Source: Sphaerodactylus townsendi
Taxonomy: Eukaryota
Reading direction: 5' to 3'
DNA length: 64,000 nt
Assembly: GCF_021028975.2 (NCBI RefSeq)
Contig: NC_059437.1
Coordinates: forward strand, 32,798,001-32,862,000
Shown here: piece after piece, positions 1 to 13,160 of the stretch
Numbering within the stretch: position 1 is the first letter of the stretch
Layout: each line of letters begins with the position of its first letter
Position numbers and translations under genes: made by a program
Notes under the pieces: model-generated
Database searches by the model: none
Seen by the model: the letters and a program-made list of their open reading frames with translations, nothing else
Told to the model about the DNA's origin: nothing

Positions 1-720
1 GGGTGGGGGTGGGGGTGGGGGTGGTGGGGGGCTCAGAAGGGCTGCTCGGCCACACATGCCCCCCCCTTCCCCGGGCCTGCCTGTCTGGGCGGAGGCGCAG
101 GCATCTTCGCCGCGCAACTGCGCCGGAGCACCGGGCGAACAGGTGGTTGCTGGCTGGCCTGGAGCCGCCCGGGCTGTCCATTCTCTTCCCCCGGCGGGCC
201 GCGGCTCCCTCCCTCGCACCCGCCTCGACCTACCTGCCTGCCTGCCGGCCGGCCAGGAGCGCAGCGATGCCGCCTCGCGCCGCCCGAGCCTCCTCTCCGA
301 GCCTCCCCCGAGCCTCCTCTCCTCGGGGCTCCTGCAGCGCCGTGGGGGAGCGCGCGTGCTCGTCGTCCTGCAGCCCGTTAGGCGCAGCGGCGCCACCGAA
401 GCCTGGCGAGGGCGGCCCCGCAACAACAGCCCCGCCGCTGCCGCCGCTCCCCGCACGTGTTGCTTCCTCGCCCGCCGGTCCAGCCACCCGCCCTCCCTTG
501 CGGGAGCCGTCAGCCCTTCAGCCCACCAGGCCAGGCTGGCTGGCTGGCGAGCGAGGAAGCGCCGCGCATGCAGCCGCCCCAGCGGCACTGCAGTGTCGTC
601 TTCCACCCCCCCCCCCTTGGAAAAAAAAACCCTCTTCCCCGCCCCCTCCTCAGAACTGAGTCAGTCCGTAGTGCGGAGAGAAACGCCAGCTGCTTTTTCC
701 GAGAGAGATGCCCGGATTGT
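1..720 (-). promoter_or_regulatory. CpG island; probable promoter and non-coding first exon of an unidentified neighbouring gene running off the left edge
   Basis: Very GC/CpG rich. Candidate minus-strand donor CAG|GTAGGT near 233, E-box CACGTG near 455, (GGGGGT)n G-run at 1-30. No recognisable protein. Human synteny would suggest DGKK, but this cannot be confirmed here. Confidence 0.55.
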
Positions 721-1423
721 TTTTAATCCGAATTAATGAATTCAGATTAATCCGTATTCATAATCGTGTCACCCACAAAACAATCACATTATACATATGA
801 ATGTGCGGGGGGGGGGCGTATCTGGATTTGAAGCGCGGTGGTGTTAACCCCCTCTGCCTTCTTAGGGGGCCACCACACACCAGGCAGAACCTTAAGGCCC
901 CAAACGGAGCCCTCGCCTCAATTTGCCTAAGCCTCAGGAGGAAAGGCTAAAGTGTTCAGGACTTTTGAGTTGAGAGAAGAACGCCTGGAAGAGGGGGCCG
1001 TGGTAGAGGCAATATAGTTGTGGACCAGAACAGAGGGAATTTTTTCTCTTTTCAGATCACCACAGCTAGACTTTCATAACAATGGATAAAACGATGTACT
1101 TGTTCACATAATAAATGCACACCTGTGGAACTCACTGTCTCAAGATGCAATAGTGACGTCTTGCTGAAATGGCATGAAAGGAGAATTGAACTAATGCACG
1201 GAGCAAAGGTCCTTTGATGGCTGTTGGCCTCAATGGGACAGTGGAACCTTTGTGCACAGAGGAGTATATCAGGGTTCCAGCTTGGAGGGGTGTGTGTGTG
1301 CTGTTGCCTTGTTGCTGTATTTGCAGATGCTCTACAAGCATCTGGACAGCCATTGTGGGAAAAGCGATGCTTGGATGGGCTTCCTTCCTTAGCCTATTAA
1401 AGCAGGGTTCTGCTAATGATGGA

Positions 1424-1690
1424 TTGTCAAAAGCTTTCACGGCTGGAATCAACTGGCTGTTTGGGGTTTTCCAAGCTGGGTGGTGATGGTCTGGTAGTTT
1501 TTGCTCCTAATGTTTTGCCCAGATCTATGGTTGGTTGGTTTCTTCAGAGGCATGTCACACTAAAGTGTGTTTTTCTCCATGGCACATCTTACCATGGCAT
1601 GCCTCTGAAGATGCCAGCCATAGATGCAGTGAAATGTTAAAAGCAAAAATAACCAGACCACAGCCACACAAGCTGGAAAACCCACAACTT
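1424..1690. mobile_element. Penelope-like retroelement terminal fragments in inverted arrangement
   Basis: GGTTTTCC..GCTG..GGTCTGGTAG arm faces its reverse complement CCTCTGAAGATGCCAGCCA..ACCAGACCACAGCCACAC..GGAAAACCCACAAC. Same family as 7208-7456. Confidence 0.6.
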
Positions 1691-3422
1691 TAATCTACTA
1701 GTATGCTTAAAGTAGGTGCAAACACATATGTAAGCTTCGCTCTTGCTTTACAACTGGGTGCTTTATTGAGGGGCAGAAAATAAACACACAATCTCACAAG
1801 AGAAGAGAATAATTATTTTTGATTAATTAATCTATATTTTACAAGGGGCATTTTGATCTCATATATGCAGGCTAAAGATAAAGCCTCAGCTGGAAAAAGA
1901 CCAGATTAAATCTGCAATTGTGTACATTCTTGTCAGTTGTACAGAATGCATGGGGTCTTGAAAACAGGAATAGTAAGCATCCACAGTAGGGTTGTTGAAA
2001 GCATTGTTGAAGTGCCTGAAGACCCACTGAAATCAAGGGTACAGAAACTACCCCAAGGTATTTTTGGTGCCTAAAACTAAAAATCCAAATGGTTCCTCCT
2101 CCCCACCCCACAGTGATCATAAACTGAATAGCTGACTGTTTTGGGCCTGAAGTTAGGTTGACATCACTGGGTCTAATGAAAGGCCCGGCTCTGCAAATGG
2201 ACTTAGCATGTTCAGCTGCGATGGATCATGGCCAGTGAGGTGTTTCATGCAAACAGCAATGGGCAGAAATGGCCAATTGTCTGAATCCTTTACTTTTTTC
2301 AATCCAAGGGAAGCACTAGTAAAAAAAGATGTGTAGATTTTGATTGTAAGACAGGAATGGACTTTTAATGATCTGTTTTATTTTCTCCAGTCCACTTGGC
2401 AGCCATGGCTGCCAGTCCATGTCTTTGACCTTAACTACCAGCTCCTCAGCATAAGACTATCCTTTTTGCCCAAAAATTCAGTCCAGGCATTTGTCTCCTT
2501 CTAGAGTGAAAAGATTAAAGGTATTTGGTCCAACTGTAAGTTTTGCCCAATATCTGCTGCTTCATTTCACAACTCAGCTTGAACTCAAGTGAGAACAGAG
2601 TAATCTTGGTTCTCATCTGCCTTCATGATGCTAATCTCTGGCATCTGATATGGTTTAGGAGGATTTTAACTCCACTTCAGTCATACTCTGCCTCTGTGCT
2701 GTTAAAACCTCCTTCGATCAATCAGCATTCCAGTCAAGTCAACAACAATTCAACAGCATGGTTTATGCATAAATGGAAAATTAATATACTGAGATTAAAA
2801 TGCATAGTCTTAATTTGGTGAAATTAATTGTATATAAAATGTTATTAAGATTTGGAATATCTGCTTTCTTTTGGACAAAGTCTCAGCACAAATTTGGCCA
2901 CTTCAGAAGTGGTCTCATTGGAGAGGGTTTCAAAGAGGAAACAAAAAGACTTTTTCAACTCTTCCTGGGAACTTGGATAGTGTAGGAGTGAGATATGAAG
3001 AATGGATGTCCATATACAACAGACAGTATAATAACACATGTTCCACTGTTTTAACTGCATTCAGTTGGCAAGAATGCAGGCATTGAGGGCAGGGAATGTG
3101 TAAGTAGCTCTCTTCTCAACAGTGCTGAGGGTAGGCAATTAAAGACTAGAATGAATGCTCTGAGACATCTCGGGGATTCTTAAAGCATAAAGATAGCTTG
3201 TTCACACAAAATGTGGGGTATGATTGTCTACCACCTGACCTCTATCAGCTTGAAGAGCTATAGTCCATTTTTGTTAAGCTTTTCTTTAGCTCTCAAGAAC
3301 CTGTGTTGCATATTGCTAAGAAGGAAAAGCTGTATATTATTGTCAGTTGCAACTATCCAACTTGAGTGGTAGCTGTCCAAGAGAATTAAGAGGGTTGATC
3401 CAGACAGATTAAAATTTCACTT

Positions 3423-3733
3423 GAGCCAAAGACAGTGGCGTAGTGGTTAAGAGCAGGTGTACTCTAATCTGGAGAAACCGAGTTTGATTTCCCATTCTGC
3501 CACCTGAGCTGTGAAGGCTTATCTGAGAAATTCAGATTAGCCTGTACACTCCAACACACACTGGCTGGGTGACCTTGGACTAGTCACATTTCTTCTGAGC
3601 TCTCTCAGCCCCACCTACCTCACAGGGGGTTTGTTGTGAGGGGGGAAGGGAAATGAGTTTGTAAGCCCCTTTGAGTCTCCTTGCAGGAGAGAAAGGGGGG
3701 ATATAAATCCAACTCTTCTTCTTCTTCTTCTTC
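3423..3733 (+). mobile_element. tRNA-derived SINE, Squam3-like
   Basis: A-box TGGCGTAGTGG, B-box GTTTGATTTCC, core GGGTGACCTTGGACTAGTCAC, (CTT)n tail. Four other close copies in the window. Confidence 0.85.
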
Positions 3734-4069
3734 ATGTAGTTTGATACCAGCTATAAGCTTTAAGTGACATCTCCCCTAATTCTGTTCTAAGAATTCCATT
3801 AAAGTTAGGGAAAGCTTCAGGGTGTGACATGATTCCTCCAGAGTTGATAAAAGCAAACACTGAGTGGTGGGTGCCAGTGCTGGCTGTGCTTTTTACAACT
3901 ATTGATCTGACAGCACAGATCCCCACTGATTGGGGCCGAGCCATTATCATCCAAGTGCATGAGAAGGGGACAAATGTTACCCCTTTAATTATCACCCAAC
4001 TCGCTCGCTCAATTGTAGTAAGTAAGCGTTATGTCAAGCACTTGTGCTGGAGGTTTTGGGACTGAGAGA

Positions 4070-4592
4070 CAGAGGTGGGATCCAGCAGGTTCTCACCAGT
4101 TCCCGAGAGTGGGTTACTAATTATTTGTGTGTGCTGAGAGGGGGTTACTAATTGGGTCCGCTTTTCTATCTCCACACCCTCGCCTCCCCGAGAGGCATAC
4201 AGCCTTTGAACATGAAGGTTCCATATAGCAATTGCGACTAATAATGTAACTCCCTGAACTGGGTTAATCCCTTTCAGGTACTGCAATTCATTGATTCTCA
4301 GCCTTTCGTACTTTTTATCTCACCAGTCTCTATCAAAGAACCTGAGTGTTTCACCATTGCTGTGTTCAGATTTGTGAGTTGGGGCATTTTCTATAATGTG
4401 ATGATTTAGAAATGACCAGGTGCAAAAAAATTTGGGGGAGTTGTGGTGGGGTGGCTGCCGATGGGGGGGGGGGGGGGCATCCAACTCAGATTTTGCCCAG
4501 GGTTCAGATTTGCCTAGGTATGCCTCTGCCCCCTTTGTTGAGGGGGGGCTGGCGAGGGAACCTGTTACTAAAATTTTTGGATCCCACCACTG
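4070..4592. mobile_element. non-autonomous hAT DNA transposon (about 520 bp)
   Basis: TIRs CAGAGGTGGGATCC / GGATCCCACCACTG flanked by an exact 8-bp TSD CTGAGAGA (4062-4069, 4593-4600). Confidence 0.85.
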
Positions 4593-4694
4593 CTGAGAGA
4601 CCATAATAGCTGACAAACAAGTGGGCTTTAGGCCCAGTCTCTCTGCTTGGACAAATGCCTGATTTTATATCATTTAGCAATGAAATATAGAACC

Positions 4695-4920
4695 AGGTCT
4701 TTGTAGATTACAAAATGGCTTTTCAAAGTATTGTCCAAGATAGATTTTGGGCTAGGTTAGAGGCATCCTCAGTAGGGCGCAGGCTACTTGTTCATAGGTT
4801 GCATGAAAATGATTTCTTTACTATAAAATGTAGCCCAACAGCACCACCCATTTTCCAAGGTCCCTGTCAAGAAGGAAGGCTGTATTCTGGCCCCTCTGCT
4901 ATTTAACTTTTATATTAATT
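4695..4920 (+). mobile_element. decayed LINE (RTE-like) reverse transcriptase fragment
   Basis: Translates across frameshifts to VDYKMAF..IV..FW..L and GCILAPLLFNFYIN, RT motif-like. Confidence 0.6.
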
Positions 4921-7207
4921 CAATATTTCAAGGTTGAATTTGATTCAAAGTCTATCAAATGCACATTCCAGACTGAAATGGAAGCACTAACAGCCTACAC
5001 CGTGAAGCTACTATATGGAAGCACAAAGGGTTATTAGACATTTCCTGTATTTAGGCAGGAGAGAGAATAACCTGATCAGTGCCAAACAGGGGTGGGGAGT
5101 GGACAGCAGGTGAACTGGCTGAATCTAAACCTATATTGTTCTGAGCAAGAGCTCTTTAGGGCTGCTTATTCTGCTGGCCGAGACAATAAACAGAGGTAGG
5201 CAATATAGGTTTAAATCTGCTCTCAGTCAGCATCTGTTAATATACATGTCCATGGGAGCTGGGTTTGGGTGGCCATTTTATTAGCCTTTGGTGTCCAGAC
5301 AAATTATTCTCCAAGGCACCGGGCTGGGGAGGGGCAGGAGGGAACGTGAGGTCTGTGATAAGGAAGAATGGAGGGCAGTGGGACCTGTGAACTCTCTTAA
5401 GGAACCAGGAGCTCTTGGGCTTCCTGATCAGTAGCACCGTCTGTGGAAGACATAACATTTGCCAATGAAAGGGGAGAGTGAAGCCCCACCACACTCCCAT
5501 ACATACATTATGGTCCAATCCTGCTATTTTAAAAGACTCACCCTGAACATGGGCTTTACAAAAAACAACAATACGAAGCTAGGTGGGCACACCTTCATGA
5601 GATCTCTTTAAAACAGGCCTACCAAGTGGCCTTAACTTCCTACCATGACAACAGGCTGAGCAAGAGCAGCTAGCAGCCTGGACTATTGTGGCAGTCACCA
5701 AGCCTGGCGCATCACTGCTGAATGAGTAGGTGGATGGGAGGGAGGGACACACTAGGCCTGTCAATCACCATTGCTCATGTGTTCAGTAGTTCTAGGGAGT
5801 TTAATTGCTGGACAGTTTCTGGAGGCCCACAGAGATGGCTGATTGGGGAAATGTCAGTCATTTGTCTCACTGCTTCCGGCCGTCAAGAGCAGAGCTAATC
5901 TTGTACCATGTCTGCTTCTCAGGATTGCTTCCTTGCTTCCCTACCAACAAAACCAAGGTTTGGGTTGTGTCACTCCAAATGAGAACTAGAATCTTCCCTT
6001 TGAAATAAGCTTAGGTTGTGAGATGCTGACCTATACGCTAGGTTCAGATGTGGCTTTGGACATGAATGCACTGGGCTTTTAAAAGTCAGATGCTTCCCCT
6101 GTATCCTGAAGAAAGCAACAACTACTTACCTTTCAGGGCTCTTGCAAGTATTCCCAACATTATAGATGTGAAAACTCAAAATGGCCTGGCTGGATGTATT
6201 TGGAAAGACGCTCCTGTCCGCCCCCCACCAAAAATCAACAGTCATTGTTCAAGCGAAGCTACTTTATGTGGTCATTGTGTATGTGGGAGTTCTATGCAGG
6301 AAGGAGAATAAATAAATGTATAACCAATAATTACAACACTCACAAGAAGCTCAAAGGTCTGCAGCGTGCCTGTCTTCTTCTGAAAGCAATAAGCATGGCT
6401 GATCCCTTTTAAAAAGGGCTTGTGTTTCCATCTAACCCCAAAGGGAGCCGGGTGGAAGGGTGGGGAGAATATGTATGCGACCACTCTGTGATTTACAGCA
6501 AGGAAGGCCAATTAGACTGGCTCTTTAGCCATTCATCATTACCCTACCAATTTCTCTTCCCATCCAAGGCATGAAAAGCTGCACTCGATCCACGGACAAG
6601 CTGCAACTCTCAAGCTTCCCTTTACACAGCCGTTAAGAGACATAAGTCTCAAAAGGTCAGTAATACTTGCAGTTATACAAACATGATTATTAAATACTAA
6701 CTAAATGGACCCATTTGCTAATTAGCATTTCCTGCCATCCCTAAAGCCTCATGTAGCTTGTCCAAGCAACAAATGTCAGGGTCCTAATTCATTCTTGAGT
6801 CTATAAGCCTGGCGAGGATGCTCTTGGAAGAAGCTAATTCAAGCAGAAATCACAACATGTCAGAATTGTCCCCTCCCCAGTCCAGGTCTAGCAGAATCTG
6901 GGGCTGCTGGTCAAATATGGCTGTGTGTTTCAGAATCTCTTAAATGGGTCACTAACAACACTTCCATTTGCAGGGCTGTAAAATCTGATCAAGTCAAGCA
7001 GGAACCTTTGAAAAGGCTTTGGAACTGTGAGTCACGCTCCCATTGAAAGCTTCAAAGGACCAGGCTATCACACAATAATTGCAGCCATCACTGGGGGAAA
7101 AGAGGTCTTCAGACTTCATCCTTCTGGTTCTTGCATTGCTTCCATAATTTGGGTTGCTGCTGTGTTGGAGGGCCCTCTGGTGGCTAAAACAGCAAACCAT
7201 GCTAACA

Positions 7208-7456
7208 TTGTAGAAGGCTTTCATGGCTGGATTCAACTGGTTGTTATGGTTTTTCCGGGCTGTGTGGCTGCGGTCTAGTAGATCTTGTTCCTAAAGTTTC
7301 GCCTGCATCTGCAGAGGTGTATCACAGAGGGAAGTCTGCACAGTGTGTAACTCTGTGATACACCTCTGAAGATGACAGCCACAGATGCAGGCAAAACATT
7401 AGGAACAAGATCTACCAGACCACAGCCACACAGGCTGGAAAACCCACAACAACCAG
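7208..7456. mobile_element. Penelope-like retroelement terminal fragments, palindromic
   Basis: About 100-bp inverted arms (7237-7330 vs 7352-7456) containing a CTGAAGA...G(A)AA hammerhead-like core. Confidence 0.65.
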
Positions 7457-7695
7457 TATGCTAACAGACTTTCCCTTACCAGGGGCCAGGTTGATCAAGC
7501 AACTTCATTCACAAAGAACACTACAGAACCTGTCCTACTCTAGAGAAGTCTATTTTGGCAAAACTAAAAAGGGGGCACCTTAAAGGTTACAAAGATTTTG
7601 TTTCATGAGCAACTCTGATGCGCTAGAATCAGCTACAACAGATGCATGTGGGGTTTTTTCACAAGATACACTATAAACATAAATAGGGTCTACAT

Positions 7696-7701
7696 TTTAT
7701 T
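7696..7701 (-). terminator. candidate SHROOM4 polyadenylation signal (implies a 3'UTR of about 5.2 kb)
   Basis: AATAAA on the minus strand followed by U/GU-rich sequence. An alternative AATAAA lies at 8595-8600. No transcript evidence. Confidence 0.35.
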
Positions 7702-7986
7702 CGATTTCGTTCAGGACTTCATCAAGGAGCATCTTTGTCGGCTACAACCACAACATGAGAAGCGTCTGTTTTGTGTTCGCTGCCACTGCAAATGCAGACA
7801 TATGACAGGGACAACAGAGCTTCCACACACGTTCTCTGTGCCCTCTGTCCATCAGCCACCATCTTCCCTGCCTTTTCCCCTCTGCTGTGCCTTCAAATGG
7901 CCATTTAAGGGCTTTGAAAAAAGTCCTGTTATAGCACTATGGCAACTGTGGGTTCTGTGTGGGGAGAATGAGAGTCACAAGGGGCT

Positions 7987-8290
7987 GAGAGCCAGCGTGG
8001 TGTAGTGTTTAAGAGCAGGTGCGCTCTAGAGAACCAGGTTTGATTCCCCACTCTGTCACTTGAACTGTGGAGGCTTATCTGGTGAACCAGATTAGTTTGT
8101 GCACTCTAACACATGTCAGCTGGGTGACCTTCGGCTAGTCACAGTTCTTCAGAGCTCTCCCAGCCCCACCCACCTTACAGAGTGTTTGTTGGGGGGGGGA
8201 AGGGAAAGGAGATTGTAAGCCCCGTTGAGTCTTACAGGAGAGAAAAGGGGGATATAAATCCAAACTCTTCTTCTTCTGATGATGATGATA
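7987..8290 (+). mobile_element. tRNA-derived SINE, Squam3-like
   Basis: GAGCCAGCGTGGTGTAGTG head, core, ATATAAATCCAAACTCTTCTTC tail. Confidence 0.85.
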
Positions 8291-11200
8291 GGAAAACAGT
8301 GCTAATTGAGGTGGGACCTTTGGAAATGGCCACAATCCTATGCAGCTGTGATAATATGCATGAACGGTGAGAACAGCAAAAAGCAGGTTTGGGAAAGCAT
8401 CCTGCGGACAAGGAAGGACAACTGGAACACAATTAGGTCAAAGCATCATATAGATGCTTTAAAAAAAAGAAAGAAAAAGCACTTCCAATTTGGAAGCCAA
8501 AGCAGAGAAACATTCATATGGAAGGTAATGGGGATCCCCTACATGCATCTGACAAAACAAGATATGGTCATAAAAGGTTAAGAGGGATTAAAATTTTATT
8601 GGCCTTCAAGATGTGGCCAATCTGTTTCTTTTTCTATCAACTCTGTCTCCTGAAGAGCGCCAGCAAAGATGAAGCCAGTATTCAGGCTTAACTTCCAAGG
8701 ACTGTCTTTAGGGCTGGAAGGCCAGCAGCCTGCCACAACCTAAGCCCATGTCTTTGAGAGTTCAGATGCAGCCCTCCTGCCCTTCCACAGCTAAAAGAGG
8801 CTGCAAGCATCGGCTCCAGTGGAAAATCACCACACAGGACTCCATAAGCTTATCATCATTAGCACCGTTTAATGCAAGTGACTCTGCCCCCTTCCCCTCC
8901 CTCCCACGCCCAAGGCAGGAGCTGCTGGAGGAGGTTCCAAACCACCTGACTGGCGAGAGACACCTTCAGAAATGCTACTGAAAAAAACTTTGCTGTGGAA
9001 ATGCTGGACAGCAACCACTGATTTCTTTGGTGTGTAGGAAGCACAAAATTACACCCAGCAATACATGCATTTAATAACATAGCAACATACAGAGTTGGCA
9101 CTTGGACTCTCCCTGTGCAGAGGAAAAGCTGGCCTAGGCAAGAAGAGGCGGCTTATCCTGGGAATGGCACGACAGGGGTGTGAGGGGGAGGAGGCAGCCT
9201 GGTTAAGCGTGCAGGGTCTGATCCCTTCACATATGACCCGGCAAAACTGGTCTCCCCTCAGCAGCCCCCCAAAGAAAGAGGGGAGTGATCTTAAGTATGC
9301 AAAGTTTCCAAGTTACCCAGAATGTTTCAAACAGCTTTTAACCCCACTTGACAAAGAACCCTGTTGTGTAAAAAATTTACATATTCCATCACCACCAGAA
9401 CTTGGTCACATACAGAGAGATGCTGTCTTGCCTAGTCTGATTCTCACTTGGGGGAGGACACCCAACTCCCCAATCACTTGGGGGAGGACAATAACTTTTC
9501 CCCTGTTGCAAGAAAAGCAGGGGACCAGTACAGTCATGGCAATAAGCCCAAGAACGCATTCCTTTCTCAGGGCCTTGGCATACAGGAGGCCTGCGTCCAT
9601 TTCCCACAAAAGCTTCACCCCAGCTGATGGTGGCCGGAGCTTCTGGTGGAGCAAGCGGGGCAGCAAACGGCTCACGCCCGGCTGCACCAGATGAGAAACT
9701 CAAGCCCCACCATGTAAAGAAGGGGGATAAAAAGCAAGCAAACCCTACGCTAGTTTCTGAACAGACTAGTGGGGAAAGCCTTACACTTGAGTTCAAGATT
9801 GCCATTTTTGGACAGCAGCAAGAGGATGAGAGATGGTCTCTGGGTTAGAGGACAGTAGCTTTGGGTAAGATCCAAGATCCAAGCTTTGGGTAAGAGCCTC
9901 AAGGGCTGGGAAACGAAGGAACCTCCCCCACCCCCTGAAAACACACGAGCAGCAGAGAGTATAGCTGAGAGTGATCCAGGGAGCAGCAACAATTGCAGGT
10001 GCCAAGAGAAGCCTGCAATGCTGCACAGGGCCAGAAGCCAAGGTGGGTGTCTAAATGCCGTTGAAAATGGAACATTAACGTTTTCGTAAAGGTCAGGCAG
10101 AAGGTTCAACCTTCCCTGAGGGATTATGAGCAACAGGAACTGACTTCTGTGTAAATCATATAAATACAGTTTGGGGTGGAGGAAAGACCAGATTAGAAAC
10201 CAAAAGACAGAGACCAGAGCCCTACATGAGAGGGGCGGGGTGGACAAAGCAAACAAGCCGGGCTGCCTGCCTTTGTTCCGTGCAAAGGCAGGCTTGGAAA
10301 GGGAGTGTGTGGCTGCAAAGGGGGTTCTGGAATGACTGGCAAACAATCAATCCTGTTGAGTCCCTGAAGCCTGCCCAACCCCATACAGATTAGAGAAACA
10401 TCCCTTTCCAGCAGGGCAGGTGATAGCAGGGTATTCCAGACCTCCCTGCTGCCCCTGAAGAGCGTTGCCAACTCTGCAGTCCCTGGCTTGCTCAGAACAG
10501 CGCTAGCGTAAAGGAGGTCCCCGGTTGTTGTTTTTAATCAAACTCACTGTCTACCTCTCATCCAAACACGGCCAACTTTGTCTAGACAGTTTGAGGCTTG
10601 CCTGCGGAAAAGTTCTCCAGACAAATGTTTTGAAAGCTTAGCTGAGGGCACACCTGTGTGGCTTCCCTCTCCAGAGGGCAAAGAACAGCCCCAGGGGAGA
10701 AAAAGATCTGAATCAGGAAAACAAGGGGTGGGGGGGATAAAACCCCACATCCATTTGCATCACCTTGCTGCTGTGCAGACAAACAGAGGAGGGGAGAAGA
10801 CGAATGTCTCATTAGGGGAAGTGTAGTAATCCTTTAACAGGGGAGAATCTGAAAGATGGACTATCTTTGTCGCAAACCTGAAAGCCCTTTCAGCTATTTT
10901 CAGGCGTTAAGTGCTATTTTTCCACAAAGGAGTCTCTGTTATTAAGGAGGTGGGTTTGGATGTATATAACTCAGGTTCTACTGAGAGAGCAGCCCCAAGG
11001 TTAGAAAGTGTGGGTGGCTTTTGACTGTGCTGGAGTGGGGGTGGGGAGCGACTCTCCTCCCCTTTTCTGATTGCCTGAGGGAATCTGCAGCCAGAGAACA
11101 GGCTAAGGGCAGCAGTGCGCTCAAGGGGTTAAAGAGAGCTCAGCCTTCCAACATTGTTTCAAAAACAATGGAGAGGAAGAGGATGTTGAGGTGGAATTTC

Positions 11201-12890
11201 TGTGGCAAGAGCCCAGCACATTCCTTTGGCCACAGGGGGGACTGAGGAACGAAGAAGGACAAGTCCCACTAACTCCTCAGACCTGAGAGAACATAAAGCA
11301 TTCCCTGCACAGATGAGTCCACATCAGGAACGCTCAACTCCTCCAGAAATATGGGGCAAAAAAGACTGGCTCTTTCTCCACCCCCACAATCTCCCTGAAA
11401 CAGAACTAAGAGGGGCAGCAAAAGGGGCCAATAAATGTGACTTGTACCCAAATAAGCAGTTTCTCTTGTAAGGTACGTTAAGGCACAAGGGGTCTAAATG
11501 CAGACAGCATCTGGCTGGCTCCGGCTGCATGAAGACACCCAGCAGTTTTGAGAGCCTCTAATCAAAGGTCACTGTAGTCCAAGAGACCCACAACAGACCC
11601 TTAACCTCAAATCCAGAAGGAGCTTCCTGAGATCCAGCCACACCTTCTTGGCAAGGGAAAGGAGGGCGCAGGCCCACGGCTGGCTCAACAGCAACTACTT
11701 CTCTTCAACAAAGCTTCATCTGCATGGCAAGGAAGTAGCTTTGCTCTCGAGTCTGGGATTACCCAGACCCCATCTCAAGGGATCAGAAAAGCACAAGGGC
11801 CTTCTTCAGTGTTACATGGGAAATGGGGGCTCCAGCCTCCCCTCCCCATTCACATGCAGCAAAAAAGCTGTGTTCAGGCTGAATCATTGCTGGATAGATG
11901 ATGCACAGAGACAGTTTTAAAACTTCGCCCTTACATGGAAAAAGGGGAAATGAGTAACCAGTTGAGAAGGCCAGAAGGGCTACCCTTGCTCCAGACGCTG
12001 ATGGGAAAAGTTGGCTCAGCCAGGAAGAGGAGCTGGAAGGACTTCTCTCTTCCTGAACGTACAGGAGCTATTTTGGATCAAGGCACTTTGAAAGATGGAA
12101 GAGAAAATTGTGGGTTCCGCATTTGGTTTAAATTCCACAGAATGTCTACCTGAACAGATCCCCCACAAATGGGGGGAACCCCCCCCCCCCCCCGCCAAAG
12201 GATTGGGGTCATGGCTGCTGCTGGCATTATAAGCTCGGGAAGAAGGCTAGAAGGACGAACTGCTGGCACGCGAAAGGAATGGCATCTTTGCGAAGGCAGA
12301 CAAATCCCGTCATTATTCCTCTCTTAATTATTTTTCTTTCTTTCCTTTTTTTAATAAACAAAATTAGTTCGGAAAATAAATAGAACAGGAGAAACAGAGA
12401 GCCCCAAGTGTTATCAGGCACATGAGATGTGGAACCACAGCCAGGTTGAGAGGACACAATTGCTTGCAGGCACCTTTGCCCTCTGCTTGGCAATGCAGAT
12501 ACCACACGGGGCAGAAAGGAGTTGGTTTCCCTGGCACAGCCTATAGAAGTCTAGGAGAGAGGTTGAACTGCCCCATGATCGCCCTTCCAGTGTTGCTCCA
12601 GGAATCCCACCATCCTGTTTTTGAGCAGGTGTAACCGTCCATCCCAGGTACACAGCCTGAGTCCTGACACTTTGGTGAGCCCTTCCTTCCCCCATGAAAG
12701 AAGGTGATACAGTTTTCTGGCATGGCAGAGTCTTTGGCAAAGAGGATTATCCTGAGCGCGAGAAGGCAGCAGATGGCAAGCAGTCCAGGACAGGCAGGGC
12801 AGCCGGCATCTCTCCAAGGGGGGACTCCTTTGGCACATGGGAGGCCTCCTCCCGGCGTGTCCCTCCTGGAGGCCACCACGCAGGGCTCCG

Positions 12891-13160
12891 CTAGCAGTCC
12901 CAGGGCACCCGGCGCAGGCTCTCACGCAGGCAGCGGAGCTGCTCCTCGCCTAGCTTGATTTTGTCATCCAGCTGCCGCTGCTGGATGGCGAGCGCTGATT
13001 TCATGCGCACAAAATGCTGGTAGTCCTGCAGCTGCTCGCTGGGCAGGCAGCGCGACACGCTGGCAAAGACCACGCTCTCCCGCTGAGCAACGTGCTCCTG
13101 CAGCTCTTTGGCATCCTCTAGCTGGGCTGTCAGCTGACGCTTCTTCTCCAGCAGGGCCAG
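12891..13160 (-). CDS. SHROOM4: SHROOM4 coding exon 11 (ASD2 C-terminus, stop)
   Basis: AAG| acceptor; LALLEKKRQLTAQLEDAKELQEHV...DYQHFVRMKSAL...IKLGEEQLRCLRESL; TAG at 12891-12893; 270 nt. Confidence 0.95.
   Translation of the reverse strand: MALLEKKRQLTAQLEDAKELQEHVAQRESVVFASVSRCLPSEQLQDYQHFVRMKSALAIQQRQLDDKIKLGEEQLRCLRESLRRVPWDC

Noticed and set aside
3-736. Plus-strand ORFs of 218 and 226 aa
   Set aside because: Low-complexity Pro/Ala/Arg translations expected from a CpG island, with no recognisable domain. The minus-strand frames (ATG at 181 or 57, GTG at 487) also could not be tied to DGKK or any other protein.
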